Of a DNA stretch of 64,000 nt, positions 19,201-28,467 are shown piece after piece. The notes beneath the pieces were generated by a model. The model saw nothing but the letters and a program-made list of their open reading frames with translations, was not told where the DNA came from and made no database searches. The DNA is taken from positions 45,521 through 109,520 of the IMG/VR virus record IMGVR_UViG_2630968879_000020. One strand, written 5' to 3'. Origin of the DNA: a virus (taxonomy: Duplodnaviria; Caudoviricetes). The first letter of the stretch is position 1. Every line of letters begins with the position of its first letter. The translations under genes were made by a program, and so were the position numbers.

Positions 19201-21195
19201 GGGGATAAAAATAGTTGGAACCCTTGGCACCATATTGCAACAACAAACTGGACATATTCGCGAGGTGACATTGATGTGAAAATCAATGGGCGCATGGCTA
19301 ACGGCACTGCTTATACTAAAGGTGAATCAGACGGTAAATACCAGCCGAAAGGTAGTTATGCCATCACTCAGAACACCGTCCCTAATAGCCGGAAAGTTAA
19401 CGGAAAACCATTATCATCAGATATTACGTTGAATGCTGCCGATATTGGTGCGTTTTCTAGAGGATTAACGGAAGCTGTTTCAGGCGATAACGTACCGTGG
19501 AATGCGGCATCTGGTGTGTATAATGCCAATTATAGCGGTCATACCCAGATTATTGTTCATTTTAGTATGGGGGCGGGAAATACTAGTACACCATCACTCC
19601 AGTTAAAATCAATATGTAAGAATGGTGGTATAGCCTATCGTTCGGCTAGGGATGGTCATGGATTTGAAGAGACTTGGACGGAGTTTTACACCACAAAAAA
19701 TAAACCTTCTGCGAGTGATGTAGGAGCGTATTCGAAAGGCGAGTCTGATGGTAAATATGTCTTAAAAAACTCGCAAGAAGAGATTAATGCTGGTTATTTT
19801 TCAGCTAAATGGATTAATAATTATGCAGGGATTAAATTAATAAAACCAGATAACCGATATGCATTAATTGAAACCACTCCACACGGCAGTGCGCCATTAA
19901 ACTTTATCTACCGTGATGAAAAGGGCACTAATATTTCTGTTGCATCACTACCAACAGAAACTGGAGTTATTGCATTACAGGGTTATTCCTACTCTAAAGC
20001 AGAAGCAGATGGTAAATACCAGCCGAAAGGTAGTTATGCTAATGCAGCTTCTCACGCCTTTAGTGGTGAAGTGAGAGCACCAAACGTCATCACTGGAGCA
20101 ATAAACAACCAAAGTTACTTTTTTCAAAGCGATGGTGTTTGGAGATGGACTGTACAACAGGGTGGAAATTGGAAGGGAGAAATTACGCATCCTGGAAGAG
20201 GTGGTGTATTTGCTCTCCAAGGGGATAGCTATACGAAAGGTGAATCTGACAATCGTAATTACAGCAGTCTCAATTATGTAATCAAAAAATCTGGTGGTGA
20301 TAGTTCAGATCTAAATAACTGGCCGAACAATAGAGTTGCATTTGTCTATCATGATGCAGCAAACAGTTCTCAAGAGACAGGTGTGGGCGCTTCATTTTCT
20401 GCCTTGAATAATAATTATGTATTGCAGCTTGTTTCTCGATACCACAGTAATGGTGATGTTCTTAAGTTCAGAACAAAAAATGGGGATAACAATACTTGGA
20501 ACCCTTGGCACCATATTGCAACAACAAACTGGACATATTCGCGAGGTGATATTGACGCGAAAATTAATGGTCGCATGGCAAATGGTACTGCTTATACTAA
20601 AGGTGAATCAGACGGAAAATATCAACCGCGTGGAAATTTCCAGCTCGCGGGGAATTACGCGGTAAGAGGGGAGAATTATACCAAAGGTGAATCTGATGGT
20701 CGTTATTATGCTAAATCAGGTGAGGGCAATTTAACCTTAGTAGGTGCATTTCGTCGCCATATTATCTTTAATAATGGTTCTAAAATTGATGGATATATCT
20801 TCAAAGATCCTAACGGGCACTTGATGTTTAATAATGGTGTTCACGGTGGTGACTGGCAGATGCGAACTGATGGATCGTTTTACTGTGGAGGTAATGGTAA
20901 CTTTAACGATGTCTATATCAGGTCAGATAAACGAGCCAAAAAAGATATTGCAAAAATCAGTGATGCAACCCAAAAACTGTCAAAACTGAGTGGCTATACC
21001 TATACCGTATCTGACGATAACAAAAATAATAGTCGCTCTGCTGGTCTTATCGCTCAAGAGGTTCAGAAAGTTTTGCCAGAGGCTGTAACTCAAGATGAAA
21101 ATGATTTATTACGCTTGAACTATAACAGCATAATTGGATTATTGGTTGAGGCAGTTAAAGATTTACAAAAACAGGTAGATGAACTTAAAAATTAA
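16276..21195 (+). CDS. Long tail fibre: Ala/Ser-rich shaft, modular knobs, C-terminal S74 intramolecular chaperone
   Basis: MWYREGT N-terminus, AKASETNA repeats, YTKGESD linkers, GNGNFNDVYIRSD and AGLIAQEVQKVLPEAV. Confidence 0.92.
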   Translation: MWYREGTNSFVKDSKKVTGVGTLWSQAKYGVMPGMVLIGSDNLLYEIERVQNNTELTLVEAYKGNTIKDQPCRIITTYEGDLSQFSARFSALLHSISGDSREIRNWLTSPSPVVIVRDDGTTFKADSLETIHAAHKARIEWFDKNQTLISDAGNQAANAAGSAKAAKDSQIAAKGSETQAANSAKSAKDFQVVASASQSAAKTSETNAKTSEINAANSAKAAAISQTAAKASETNAANSAKGANMSQAAAKVSETNAGNFSKAGKASELAAKTSETNAKSSEVSAKSSEANAKSSANTATEKAKQATGSQVAAKASETNAASSKASSAQSASNASASASKAEQEANKAISSANNAATSASSAASSANSAKTSESNAKASSNSASSSERNAKASENNAAISKSAAEQSAKDAASTLAKMVNDAKVADNAAKAAKLSENNAKVSETATKSSETNASNAAKAAKVSQDAAKISETNAANSAKISSTSQIAAKASETEAVSSKNAAQEAATLATKKAELAAVSESKAQDAANRATLAAQEKEDLLKGKTIAISLGSGKTSWTKIAEVDMPQNPGVPSTVRIELIGGSGYNVGEYPQTAMSEIVLRSGNGYPKGLNASLYRTNTCAANKVATINTGNDKYDVYVHFYGFPFNLICNVQQANATILNIGNLSGALETLPDGVLEGKTYNYVLASSDDRGNLSIDTNIYGPGFVSGAQGKDRTWLEPKEGNACWLANIGDKYAGEFRHPKKSGTAAILEDHYTKGESDGKYQPKGNYAVVGASYTKDETNQNFVKSDTTNLGKSWTSLTTIPDGGWGQPIGYSTMVRINSFGLPNGFADHGYWNVIAARDMAQGYAGFLTGFNNGKVYYGFSNTKEGNPTWVRVYTENHKPSPSELDVYTKGESDNRNYSSLSYVIRKSGGDNTDLNNWPRNRVAFVYHDAANNSNVTGVGASFSALNNNYVLQLVSQYHGNGDVLKFRTRNGDKNSWNPWHHIATTNWTYSRGDIDVKINGRMANGTAYTKGESDGKYQPKGSYAITQNTVPNSRKVNGKPLSSDITLNAADIGAFSRGLTEAVSGDNVPWNAASGVYNANYSGHTQIIVHFSMGAGNTSTPSLQLKSICKNGGIAYRSARDGHGFEETWTEFYTTKNKPSASDVGAYSKGESDGKYVLKNSQEEINAGYFSAKWINNYAGIKLIKPDNRYALIETTPHGSAPLNFIYRDEKGTNISVASLPTETGVIALQGYSYSKAEADGKYQPKGSYANAASHAFSGEVRAPNVITGAINNQSYFFQSDGVWRWTVQQGGNWKGEITHPGRGGVFALQGDSYTKGESDNRNYSSLNYVIKKSGGDSSDLNNWPNNRVAFVYHDAANSSQETGVGASFSALNNNYVLQLVSRYHSNGDVLKFRTKNGDNNTWNPWHHIATTNWTYSRGDIDAKINGRMANGTAYTKGESDGKYQPRGNFQLAGNYAVRGENYTKGESDGRYYAKSGEGNLTLVGAFRRHIIFNNGSKIDGYIFKDPNGHLMFNNGVHGGDWQMRTDGSFYCGGNGNFNDVYIRSDKRAKKDIAKISDATQKLSKLSGYTYTVSDDNKNNSRSAGLIAQEVQKVLPEAVTQDENDLLRLNYNSIIGLLVEAVKDLQKQVDELKN
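18949..20628 (+). repeat. About 400-bp duplicated fibre module (18949..19347 and 20230..20628)
   Basis: Both encode YTKGESDNRNYSSL...WHHIATTNWTYSRGDID...YTKGESDGKYQP; offset 1281 bp. Confidence 0.92.
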
Positions 21196-21273
21196 TAAGT
21201 ATTTACTTACCTATTAATTTTGAAAATGATATAAATTACCCACCCGATAGCGCCTAATACATGGAGGTTAAAA

Positions 21274-21600
21274 ATGGCAAACGAGGTGGGAAATGTTTCA
21301 CCAGAAATGGTTGAACGTATCGCCAAAATAGTCGCCAAAGAAGTTGCGGCAAATATAAGTGATGACTTAAAGGATAAAGTTGGTGAAGAAGTTGAGCGCC
21401 ACCTTAAAGCCTACTTTGGTGATATGACAGCAGCACAACACAGTATTCAACATGCCAATCTGGAAAAATTACTGGTTAGGTTAGACAGCCTTTCTAGTGG
21501 ATTTTACGGAGGCATAATTTCGAAGATAGCTTCCATGCTGGTAGCAGCTCTAATTTTAGGATTGGCGGCTTGGGGCTTAAAAAATGGTGTAGGTAACTAA
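21274..21600 (+). CDS. Putative holin / membrane lysis protein
   Basis: C-terminal TM segment, directly upstream of the muramidase-like gene. Confidence 0.55.
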   Translation: MANEVGNVSPEMVERIAKIVAKEVAANISDDLKDKVGEEVERHLKAYFGDMTAAQHSIQHANLEKLLVRLDSLSSGFYGGIISKIASMLVAALILGLAAWGLKNGVGN

Positions 21601-21614
21601 AGGAGTAGTTAGCT

Positions 21615-22313
21615 ATGGTTGGTAAAGGATTACCTCGTGGGATTAGAAACCACAACCCCGGCAACCTCGAAATAGGGTCTCCGTGGCAAGGTTTAACCAA
21701 AAAACCTCAAGATATCCGTTTCTGTTCATTCGTGGATGCAGCTTATGGTATTCGCGCATTAGCAGTTACGCTGATCACCTATCACGATAAACGTAAAGCA
21801 ACAAATGGCACTCGCATCGATACCGTGCGTAAAGTCATTGAACGTTGGGCGCCCTCAGTTGAAAACCACACAGAACGGTACATTCAGTTCGTCAGTAAGG
21901 CAATGGGTGTTTATCCTGATCAAAATATTAACCTGCATGATTACGACACTATTTGTCCATTGGTGGAGGCGATAATTCGTCAGGAAAACGGTCGGGGTAA
22001 AATAAAAACACTAAATTCATGGTACAGCCGTGAAGTTATCGACGAGGGTTTGCGTCGTGCCGGTATTATCAAAAAGACGAAAGAAGTTGTCAAAATTCCG
22101 GTAACGAAGGAAACCGCGAGTGCAACGGTTGCAGCGTCTTTAGGGATTGGTCAGATTGCCGAAGTCATGCCTCAGATCTCAGATGCTATGATGAAATCAG
22201 AAAGCCATCTGTCCAGTGGTTCAGTAGTTCGCATCACCTTCGGAGTTGCAACTATTGTGGTGGCTTGTGTAATTGCTTACGCGCAAGTTCGTCGTCATAA
22301 ACAGGGAATTTAA
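21615..22313 (+). CDS. Lysozyme-like endolysin with C-terminal hydrophobic segments
   Basis: RGIRNHNPGNL, RWAPSVEN..Y, AIIRQENG motifs. Confidence 0.75.
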   Translation: MVGKGLPRGIRNHNPGNLEIGSPWQGLTKKPQDIRFCSFVDAAYGIRALAVTLITYHDKRKATNGTRIDTVRKVIERWAPSVENHTERYIQFVSKAMGVYPDQNINLHDYDTICPLVEAIIRQENGRGKIKTLNSWYSREVIDEGLRRAGIIKKTKEVVKIPVTKETASATVAASLGIGQIAEVMPQISDAMMKSESHLSSGSVVRITFGVATIVVACVIAYAQVRRHKQGI

Positions 22314-22351
22314 TTAAAGGAATAGTCTTCAGTAATGGGGACTATGCTGTT

Positions 22352-22663
22352 ATGTCATTAAGTGGAGTTTCAATTTACGCTCCTGATGGAAGAGAAAGTA
22401 TAAGTGAAACAGATCGTATTGGCCGTATATTGCCTGCACTGGGTCGTAATGGATATCTTAAAAGAGAGTTTCATCACCCAGAACTTGCCGATATGGGGGA
22501 AATATTTGTGTGGACTGACCTTACATACGGATTTTGAAACATTGAAGGGTCTGGCCGCATAACTTTGAATGGTACGACAATCACAGTGGAATTAAAAGTG
22601 AGTAGCGGTGGCACGGGGATTCCAGAGACATCGGGAATTAAGATTTATTATGGGATCAGATAA
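22352..22663 (+). pseudogene. Tail-tip accessory gene (N15 gp22-like by position) interrupted by an in-frame TGA
   Basis: TGA at 22535-22537; frame continues 41 codons to IKIYYGIR-TAA overlapping the next ATG. Confidence 0.7.
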
Positions 22664-23325
22664 TGGCGCATGGTTTCGAACTTAGACGTAGTCACGGTAT
22701 TTTGCAAGTTGATGGTAGATACCAAAATATGAATTTGACCATCAAAGAGTCTGTTGTTGCTCAGGGAGGCTACGTTGAGAACAGTACCTATAGACGCATT
22801 GGTGTAAATACATCATTTTCTAAACCAGTACCGCCAACAACAACAATTACAGCTGTTGATTCAGATAACTGGATTAATTCTGCCGGTGGTATCAAACAAG
22901 CTGCCGGAGCTGGTAAAGCAAATGTGACCTTGTATGGATTCGGTACTAATAAACAGAACTGGTTTAACTCTCAGTATGGTTTAAGTGTCCGAAACGAGCA
23001 AGGGCAAGAGGTTTATAACTCTAATTGGGCAGTAATGAAAGTCGTTGATGTGTTTAATCTGGGCTTTGTGCGTAATTGGAGTTACAAAATCCCTGCTGGA
23101 AAAAAATATGCATTGATGATGGGAGGTGGTCGTGAAGAATATCAAATGGGTTACTATAGCAATAACGCTTATGGATGTTGGCATGAGTTCAGGCGTATTG
23201 GCGATAGGTTTGAAATCCGCTACAACGAAAATACTATGTGGTGGTTTCGCGATGAAGATGAAATCTCTTATGTCGCTCAAGATTACGACTTGAACATCAT
23301 CATATTAGACGTTACCGGATATTGA
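22663..23325 (+). CDS. Tail-tip accessory protein (N15 gp23-like)
   Basis: YGLSVRNEQGQEVYNS motif, ends IIILDVTGY; precedes the Cor-like lipoprotein. Confidence 0.65.
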   Translation: MAHGFELRRSHGILQVDGRYQNMNLTIKESVVAQGGYVENSTYRRIGVNTSFSKPVPPTTTITAVDSDNWINSAGGIKQAAGAGKANVTLYGFGTNKQNWFNSQYGLSVRNEQGQEVYNSNWAVMKVVDVFNLGFVRNWSYKIPAGKKYALMMGGGREEYQMGYYSNNAYGCWHEFRRIGDRFEIRYNENTMWWFRDEDEISYVAQDYDLNIIILDVTGY

Positions 23326-23383
23326 TTCTTGTTTCCCTAGTTGAATGAGTTGTAATAAACTCAACAACATAAGGAAAAAATAA

Positions 23384-23665
23384 ATGAAAAATAGTAAGTT
23401 AGTTATTGCTTCTCTTGCTGCTTTGTTCTTGGCAGGATGTTCAGCTATAGCACAGAATGAAAATATAAAGTCTGTTCAGTGTCGGGGTTACATTGACATT
23501 AAAGCTACAGCAAAAACTCAATCTATTCCGCTAACGAAATATAACGTAACCACAGGTAAATTCTATAGCCCCGGTCATGGTTTTGTTGGCATGATGGGTT
23601 GGCATTCAACTGAACCATTCAGCAAGATCGAATGTTTAAACGAAGATCCTCGAAAAGTTAAATGA
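23384..23665 (+). CDS. Cor-like superinfection exclusion lipoprotein
   Basis: Lipobox LAGC, two further Cys and W.S...F....C ending as in Cor. Confidence 0.6.
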   Translation: MKNSKLVIASLAALFLAGCSAIAQNENIKSVQCRGYIDIKATAKTQSIPLTKYNVTTGKFYSPGHGFVGMMGWHSTEPFSKIECLNEDPRKVK

Positions 23666-23901
23666 TTTCAAAAATAAAATCAGCGCTATATACCGGACTA
23701 TCTGTTATCGCTGTTCTCTTCGCCGCCTATTTGATAGGCGGCAGAGCGGCTAAAAAATCTGTTGAAATAAAACGACGGCAGGAAGAAAATCAACGCCTGC
23801 AAACCACATTGGATGTGAAGAAAGAGGTTGAACATGAAGTTCAGCAAAAAGAAATCGGGGCTGCTGTTACTGAGCTTCGTAATGACTGGATGCGTAAATA
23901 A
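23662..23901 (+). CDS. Putative i-spanin (Rz-like)
   Basis: N-terminal TM plus coiled coil; overlapped by a lipoprotein gene. Confidence 0.65.
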   Translation: MISKIKSALYTGLSVIAVLFAAYLIGGRAAKKSVEIKRRQEENQRLQTTLDVKKEVEHEVQQKEIGAAVTELRNDWMRK

Positions 23902-24058
23902 TACCACTGGTTCGACAGCACCTGCCTTTTGTGACATTGCTTCACCTATCTATATTGGCAAAGAAGACACACTGACAGATCTTACGGCAAGAAATATTCT
24001 TACCTATAATCTTATCGGATATAGGCTCTGTGGGTGGAAAAAATCGTCTAAAAATTGA
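23834..24058 (+). CDS. Putative o-spanin (Rz1-like lipoprotein)
   Basis: Lipobox VMTGC; overlaps the i-spanin in another frame. Confidence 0.65.
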   Translation: MKFSKKKSGLLLLSFVMTGCVNNTTGSTAPAFCDIASPIYIGKEDTLTDLTARNILTYNLIGYRLCGWKKSSKN

Positions 24059-24275
24059 ATTGTTTTAAAACATTACAATAATGAGGCTACCACTGATTAT
24101 AGGCTACTATTTTTCTTGCTCATTAATTTATTATTTAGATAAATAACAAAACAATATATTTTTTTAAATGTTTTTATTTATAGGTTTTCTTCCATTTGTT
24201 AAATAACCAATGTATCTTATACAAAACAATAGTAACGGCGTGGTTGATTTATAAATCGAAATACATAAGGCGAAT

Positions 24276-24968
24276 ATGATGAGTGGAGAAGCCCAAATAA
24301 TACTGGTTGGTGGCAGTAAAGGTGGCCCCGGTAAAAGTACTATAGCTCAACAAATTGCGGGTTATTTACTTAACCGCGCAAAGAAAAAGGTTCACCTGTT
24401 AGATATCGATGCCCAACGTACAACCTATCAATGGTGTCAAGATAGGGAAAGCCTACCAGCGGAGAAGCCAGCAGAAAAGCTCTCATATCATTACCGTGGT
24501 GACGGTGTTATCGAATATTTGGATGGCATTAAAGGCCAATTCGATTACATTGTTATTGACGCCGGAGGCTTCGACTCAGAAGCTCAACGTGAAGCTATGC
24601 TGAGAGCCACTCACTTACTGCTCCCAATTCGCCCAAAACGCCGTGACGTTCGCTCATTAGCTGCGCTAGATCGTATTGTTGAGAAAGCGCAGACTTTAAA
24701 TGAAGATTTAAAGGTTAGAGTAGTGATGAACCAGTGTCCGGCACTGCCTAACCAATACTCACGTATTCAGTTTGCCAAAGACGTTTGTGAAACTTTTGGC
24801 ATGTTCGCCTTAAATACCAATATCTACGCCCGTAACGTCTATGACGATGCGGAAGAAGCCGGTCGTACTATCTTTGAATTAACAAAAGAAGAACGGGATA
24901 AAAAGGCTGAGGCGGAAATTGAACTTTTAGTAAAAGAATTTGTGTATGGAGAAAAGGTAGATGGCTAA
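24276..24968 (+). CDS. parA: ParA partition ATPase (type Ib)
   Basis: KGGPGKST deviant Walker A, LLDIDAQ, IVIDAGG. Confidence 0.92.
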   Translation: MMSGEAQIILVGGSKGGPGKSTIAQQIAGYLLNRAKKKVHLLDIDAQRTTYQWCQDRESLPAEKPAEKLSYHYRGDGVIEYLDGIKGQFDYIVIDAGGFDSEAQREAMLRATHLLLPIRPKRRDVRSLAALDRIVEKAQTLNEDLKVRVVMNQCPALPNQYSRIQFAKDVCETFGMFALNTNIYARNVYDDAEEAGRTIFELTKEERDKKAEAEIELLVKEFVYGEKVDG

Positions 24969-25323
24969 GAACCCGATGGCTGGACTGGCAAAACAAGAAC
25001 GAGAAGAAGCGGTACAGGAGTTTCTGAGCAATTCTTCCCTGAAAGAGAAAACAGTCAAACAGCGTGGTCGCCGCAAGAACAGTACTGAAATTATCAAAAG
25101 TCGTACTGTCTCGATGGAAGATGAATATCATGAATTAGTAGATCTGCTGAGAGTCGCTCCTAGACGTGCCAATTTAAGTCGCTCAGACGTGTTTAGAGCT
25201 GCTTTGGTAACTTTAGCTTCTTTACCCTTTAGTGATATAAAGGCTGCGTTAGAGTTGAGCTTAGAGACTAAGCCGGAAGAGATTCAACAGCTCATAAAAG
25301 ATTTAGATAAAAAGATCCCATAA
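24961..25323 (+). CDS. Small RHH-type centromere-binding partner of ParA
   Basis: Overlaps parA; SRTVSM..LSRSDVFRAAL RHH-like. Confidence 0.65.
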   Translation: MAKNPMAGLAKQEREEAVQEFLSNSSLKEKTVKQRGRRKNSTEIIKSRTVSMEDEYHELVDLLRVAPRRANLSRSDVFRAALVTLASLPFSDIKAALELSLETKPEEIQQLIKDLDKKIP

Positions 25324-25353
25324 AAGAAAAGCCGCTGATGCGGCTTTTCTTTT
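25322..25353. terminator. Bidirectional terminator
   Basis: AAAAGAAAAGCCGC-TGAT-GCGGCTTTTCTTTT between convergent genes. Confidence 0.8.
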
Positions 25354-26008
25354 ATGGGTTCGAAGCTAGAAGTGTTCTGCTAATAGCAATTAGGCGATGC
25401 TTGTGAACATCTTTGTCACTGCCCCAACAAAATTCATCCCATTTTTCATAAAACTCAGAAATGGATGGAATGACTACCAAGGGAATATAGTCCATATCAC
25501 AATCATCAGAAATGCCATCAGAAGAGTATACGTGATAGCCTTTAGTTATTGCCCAGTCGATCATCTTTTCCCAAAAGCGTTTACCATCTTGAGTTTGTGC
25601 TTCATCAGTTACTACAATGTTATATTTGCTCAATAAATTCTTAAAAAAATCTCTTGGCAAATCGCCAATTGCATGTTGATGTTCTGAGCGGGGTGTACGC
25701 CATATCATAATCTGGGTGCAAGTTTCCTTCCCCACGATGATATCTTTTCGAAAATGTAATTTTACGGCATAAACTGTTTCAGAATCTTCACCAGTTGTAA
25801 TCATACGGTATTGGTGTTCTTTGAGCGATTTTACTAGATGGTAGCCATAAGGGACATCAAAGTTTGGCAACTCAAAGTTTTCTACGCCTTTTTGTAAAAA
25901 AGTTTTAGTATGTTCTTCATTTTTTTTAGGATGGCGTAATTTATTGTTAAATCCTGTGTCGGGGATCAAATATGGCATTGTGTTATTTTTCGCTTGATTA
26001 ACCAACAT
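25352..26008 (-). CDS. Hypothetical protein, possibly GNAT-like fold
   Basis: 218 aa, RBS GGAGG; IVVTDEAQTQDGKRFW motif. Confidence 0.6.
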   Translation of the reverse strand: MLVNQAKNNTMPYLIPDTGFNNKLRHPKKNEEHTKTFLQKGVENFELPNFDVPYGYHLVKSLKEHQYRMITTGEDSETVYAVKLHFRKDIIVGKETCTQIMIWRTPRSEHQHAIGDLPRDFFKNLLSKYNIVVTDEAQTQDGKRFWEKMIDWAITKGYHVYSSDGISDDCDMDYIPLVVIPSISEFYEKWDEFCWGSDKDVHKHRLIAISRTLLASNP

Positions 26009-26148
26009 ATATTTGTCCTCCGAAATTAGGACAATCCTTTGATACTTATAATATTAAATTCAATTATAATACAGTTTTGGCACAGATTGGCAAACTACCG
26101 ATACTATCCTACAACTTTGGCATGAATTGTTCAAATAGCATGTGGTTA

Positions 26149-26187
26149 GGGGTAATGATCGGATAGCCGCGATAACCGCCAACTTTT
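26149..26187 (-). repeat. Dispersed repeat, copy 1
   Basis: Reverse complement AAAAGTTGGCGGTTATCGCGGCTATCCGATCATTACCCC resembles 36374..36412. Confidence 0.75.
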
Positions 26188-26208
26188 AGACAAGTAATTT
26201 CTAATTGA

Positions 26209-26231
26209 CTAAAAAGTGACATTACTATATT
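26209..26231 (+). repeat. 23-bp direct repeat, copy 1
   Basis: CTAAAAAGTGACATTACTATATT identical to 33490..33512. Confidence 0.85.
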
Positions 26232-26493
26232 AGAGTTACAACAAGCGGGGGTATTAAGGAATTTATGTTAAATAAGGGTTAAGCTACAATTTCGGTCTTC
26301 ACTAGTAATGCGTCCAATTTATTGATAATTACTTTCTTAGTGTACGATTGTTCCTTCCCTTAAACATGCTGAAAAAACAAACGAAAAGGTTGTTCAGTTG
26401 CGTAAATTCGTTATACTAACGATATCCATTGAGCATATTGGGTTTGTTTTATCCCACTGAATACTTTGAATTGATGAATTGACGGAGGTGACT

Positions 26494-26802
26494 ATGATTA
26501 CTCATACACCATTCACTATTGGTGATCGCTATGCTCTTATAGGCAGTTTTAGCGTACCTGATGTTCCGGGACAATTCGAAGTCCGTACCAACAGCGAGCG
26601 AGTTAAACGCCCAATGTTAATCGTCGTGCATGACAACTGGCATGAAGCTGGTCGCCGTGATCGTATTACTCCTGTGATAGTCATCCAGTTTGAAGCCGAT
26701 GGCCGTGAAAAATGCATTGAGCAGAAAGAAGCTATGCCGTCGAAAACAATGAATCTGACTAATTTACGCCTCCGTGCTATTCAATTCTTTCAACAAGAAT
26801 AA
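26494..26802 (+). CDS. Hypothetical protein
   Basis: RBS GGAGGTG before ATG 26494. Confidence 0.7.
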   Translation: MITHTPFTIGDRYALIGSFSVPDVPGQFEVRTNSERVKRPMLIVVHDNWHEAGRRDRITPVIVIQFEADGREKCIEQKEAMPSKTMNLTNLRLRAIQFFQQE

Positions 26803-26810
26803 GATGAGAC

Positions 26811-27448
26811 TTGCTGGACAATGCCACCACTTCTGATCGAAGAACACGAAAAAATCTGGTTTGGCCTGATAACTTAGATGATCCAGAGCAGGCGTATGTG
26901 CACTTAAATGATATCATTGATGATATTGGTGATGCACACACTGTTATCTTGGAAGACAGTAATGGTATGGTTCGGCTTTACCTGCGCCACGTCCGATCAG
27001 ATCAGGTTTCTGCAAATATTTTGCTTGAGTTTAAGCTCACCGCTCCTGAAGGTTTCCCTGAGCGTATTCCGCAGGTCTCATCTTCTATGTTGGTAGAGAC
27101 TATCGCGGTGTAAAACTCGCCCAGCAAATCTATCGTTGCGTCATAGATCATTACGGAGTGGTTGTCAGCGATACCCACCAAACAGCCGCGGGTATGTTTA
27201 TATGGTTACTCATAGCTGAAGATGACTCTGTGCAGCTCAATATCATGCAGGTTAGCGGAAAGCATCTAGATTATCGTTTGTCTAATGGCAAACCGGAAGT
27301 TTACAAAGGTAAAATTGATGCACTGGAACAAGCTGGCGCGACCATTTGGGGTGGGCCAGATGCAGTGGTTTCCGACATTGACCTTAAGCGACTAGGCTTC
27401 AAACCTACCCATCAAAATATGGAACACATCATGCTAGCTGCTCGTTAG
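26811..27448 (+). pseudogene. Frameshifted GNAT-like gene (ORFs 26811..27113 and 27158..27448 joined)
   Basis: -1 frame from about 27085 reads YVGRDYRGVKLAQQIYRCVIDHYGVVVSDTHQTAAGMFIW. Confidence 0.65.
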
Positions 27449-27560
27449 CAGATAAGCCTTATTTTAAGAGCAAAGTTCGCTCAAAAAACAGTATGATATT
27501 CTCCCATCTCAAAACTGTTCCCTGATTTTATACGATTTCTGATAGAAGAGGTTGTTTAAA

Positions 27561-27585
27561 ATCGCAGCTACTCAGTCATTAACCC
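27561..27585 (+). repeat. Dispersed repeat, partial copy
   Basis: ATCGCAGCTACTCAGTCATTAACCC. Confidence 0.6.
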
Positions 27586-27679
27586 TACAAAAAGACCGAC
27601 ACTATGGAATTGATTTCCTATCTTGGCACTGATATAAAAAGTATTCTTTCACTTACTTATAAAAAGGTTTATTGTATTC

Positions 27680-28408
27680 ATGTGCCTAACAATGGGTTTT
27701 TTCTTAGCAGAAGGTGATCCACAGGAGTTTATGCTCTCATGGACGGCACAAGATAAAGACCAATGGGTTGTGGAAAATGTCGGTCTATCTCGTACCCAAG
27801 GTGAGCTGGAGTTGTATCAATCCAAATGGTTTGATTATCGGCATTTGCATCCGATGGATGCCACGATGTTATTCACTAAATCCTATAAGCGTGAATACTC
27901 TCGGGTCATGAGCACCCACGGTCGTGAGGATTATCGAAAAGCACTTTTCCGTACCGGACTTAAACGTGTTCCGTTTATCAACTTATCAAAAGCAAACATA
28001 ACGTCTCTTTGGAAAGCCAGACAAAAAGCCGATGAACTTGGTGTTGAATACAGCTTTTTCATCATGAGCATGTTGTCTATAGCGGCAAAACGGGAATGGG
28101 GGGAGTTACCGCGTCCACAGCATTTGTGGCAGGACGATTTGCTGGAAATATTTATCGATAGGAATGAAAAACGCAAGGGAACGCGATTGAATGGTTCTGA
28201 GTTGGATTATTTTAAAAAAAATAACTATGTGGGTGATGAAGTTCAAGATGCTCATAGAGCATATGTCATGGCGCAAATTTCTAATGCACGACCGGATAAA
28301 CGTCATTTGTTGATTTTCTCTGCGGTGTATTCACTTGGTTATCTCGAACAACAAACATTCTTGAACCAGTTTCCCGATGATTTAAGAAAAGCCTCTAAGT
28401 TTTTATAG
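27680..28408 (+). CDS. Phage-plasmid hypothetical protein upstream of the helicase
   Basis: 242 aa ORF leading the replication operon. Confidence 0.65.
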   Translation: MCLTMGFFLAEGDPQEFMLSWTAQDKDQWVVENVGLSRTQGELELYQSKWFDYRHLHPMDATMLFTKSYKREYSRVMSTHGREDYRKALFRTGLKRVPFINLSKANITSLWKARQKADELGVEYSFFIMSMLSIAAKREWGELPRPQHLWQDDLLEIFIDRNEKRKGTRLNGSELDYFKKNNYVGDEVQDAHRAYVMAQISNARPDKRHLLIFSAVYSLGYLEQQTFLNQFPDDLRKASKFL

Positions 28409-28467
28409 AACCCCTATACGGAAATGAAAATATCCAATAATGGATTGATGTTAAAGGAAAATGATAA

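Noticed and set aside
18949-20628. DGR template/variable repeat pair in the tail fibre
   Set aside because: Differences include many C/T synonymous changes rather than adenine-specific ones, both copies are coding, and no reverse transcriptase is in the window
24146-24232. parS-like centromere (ACAAAACAATA twice)
   Set aside because: Only two copies in very AT-rich DNA; not enough support
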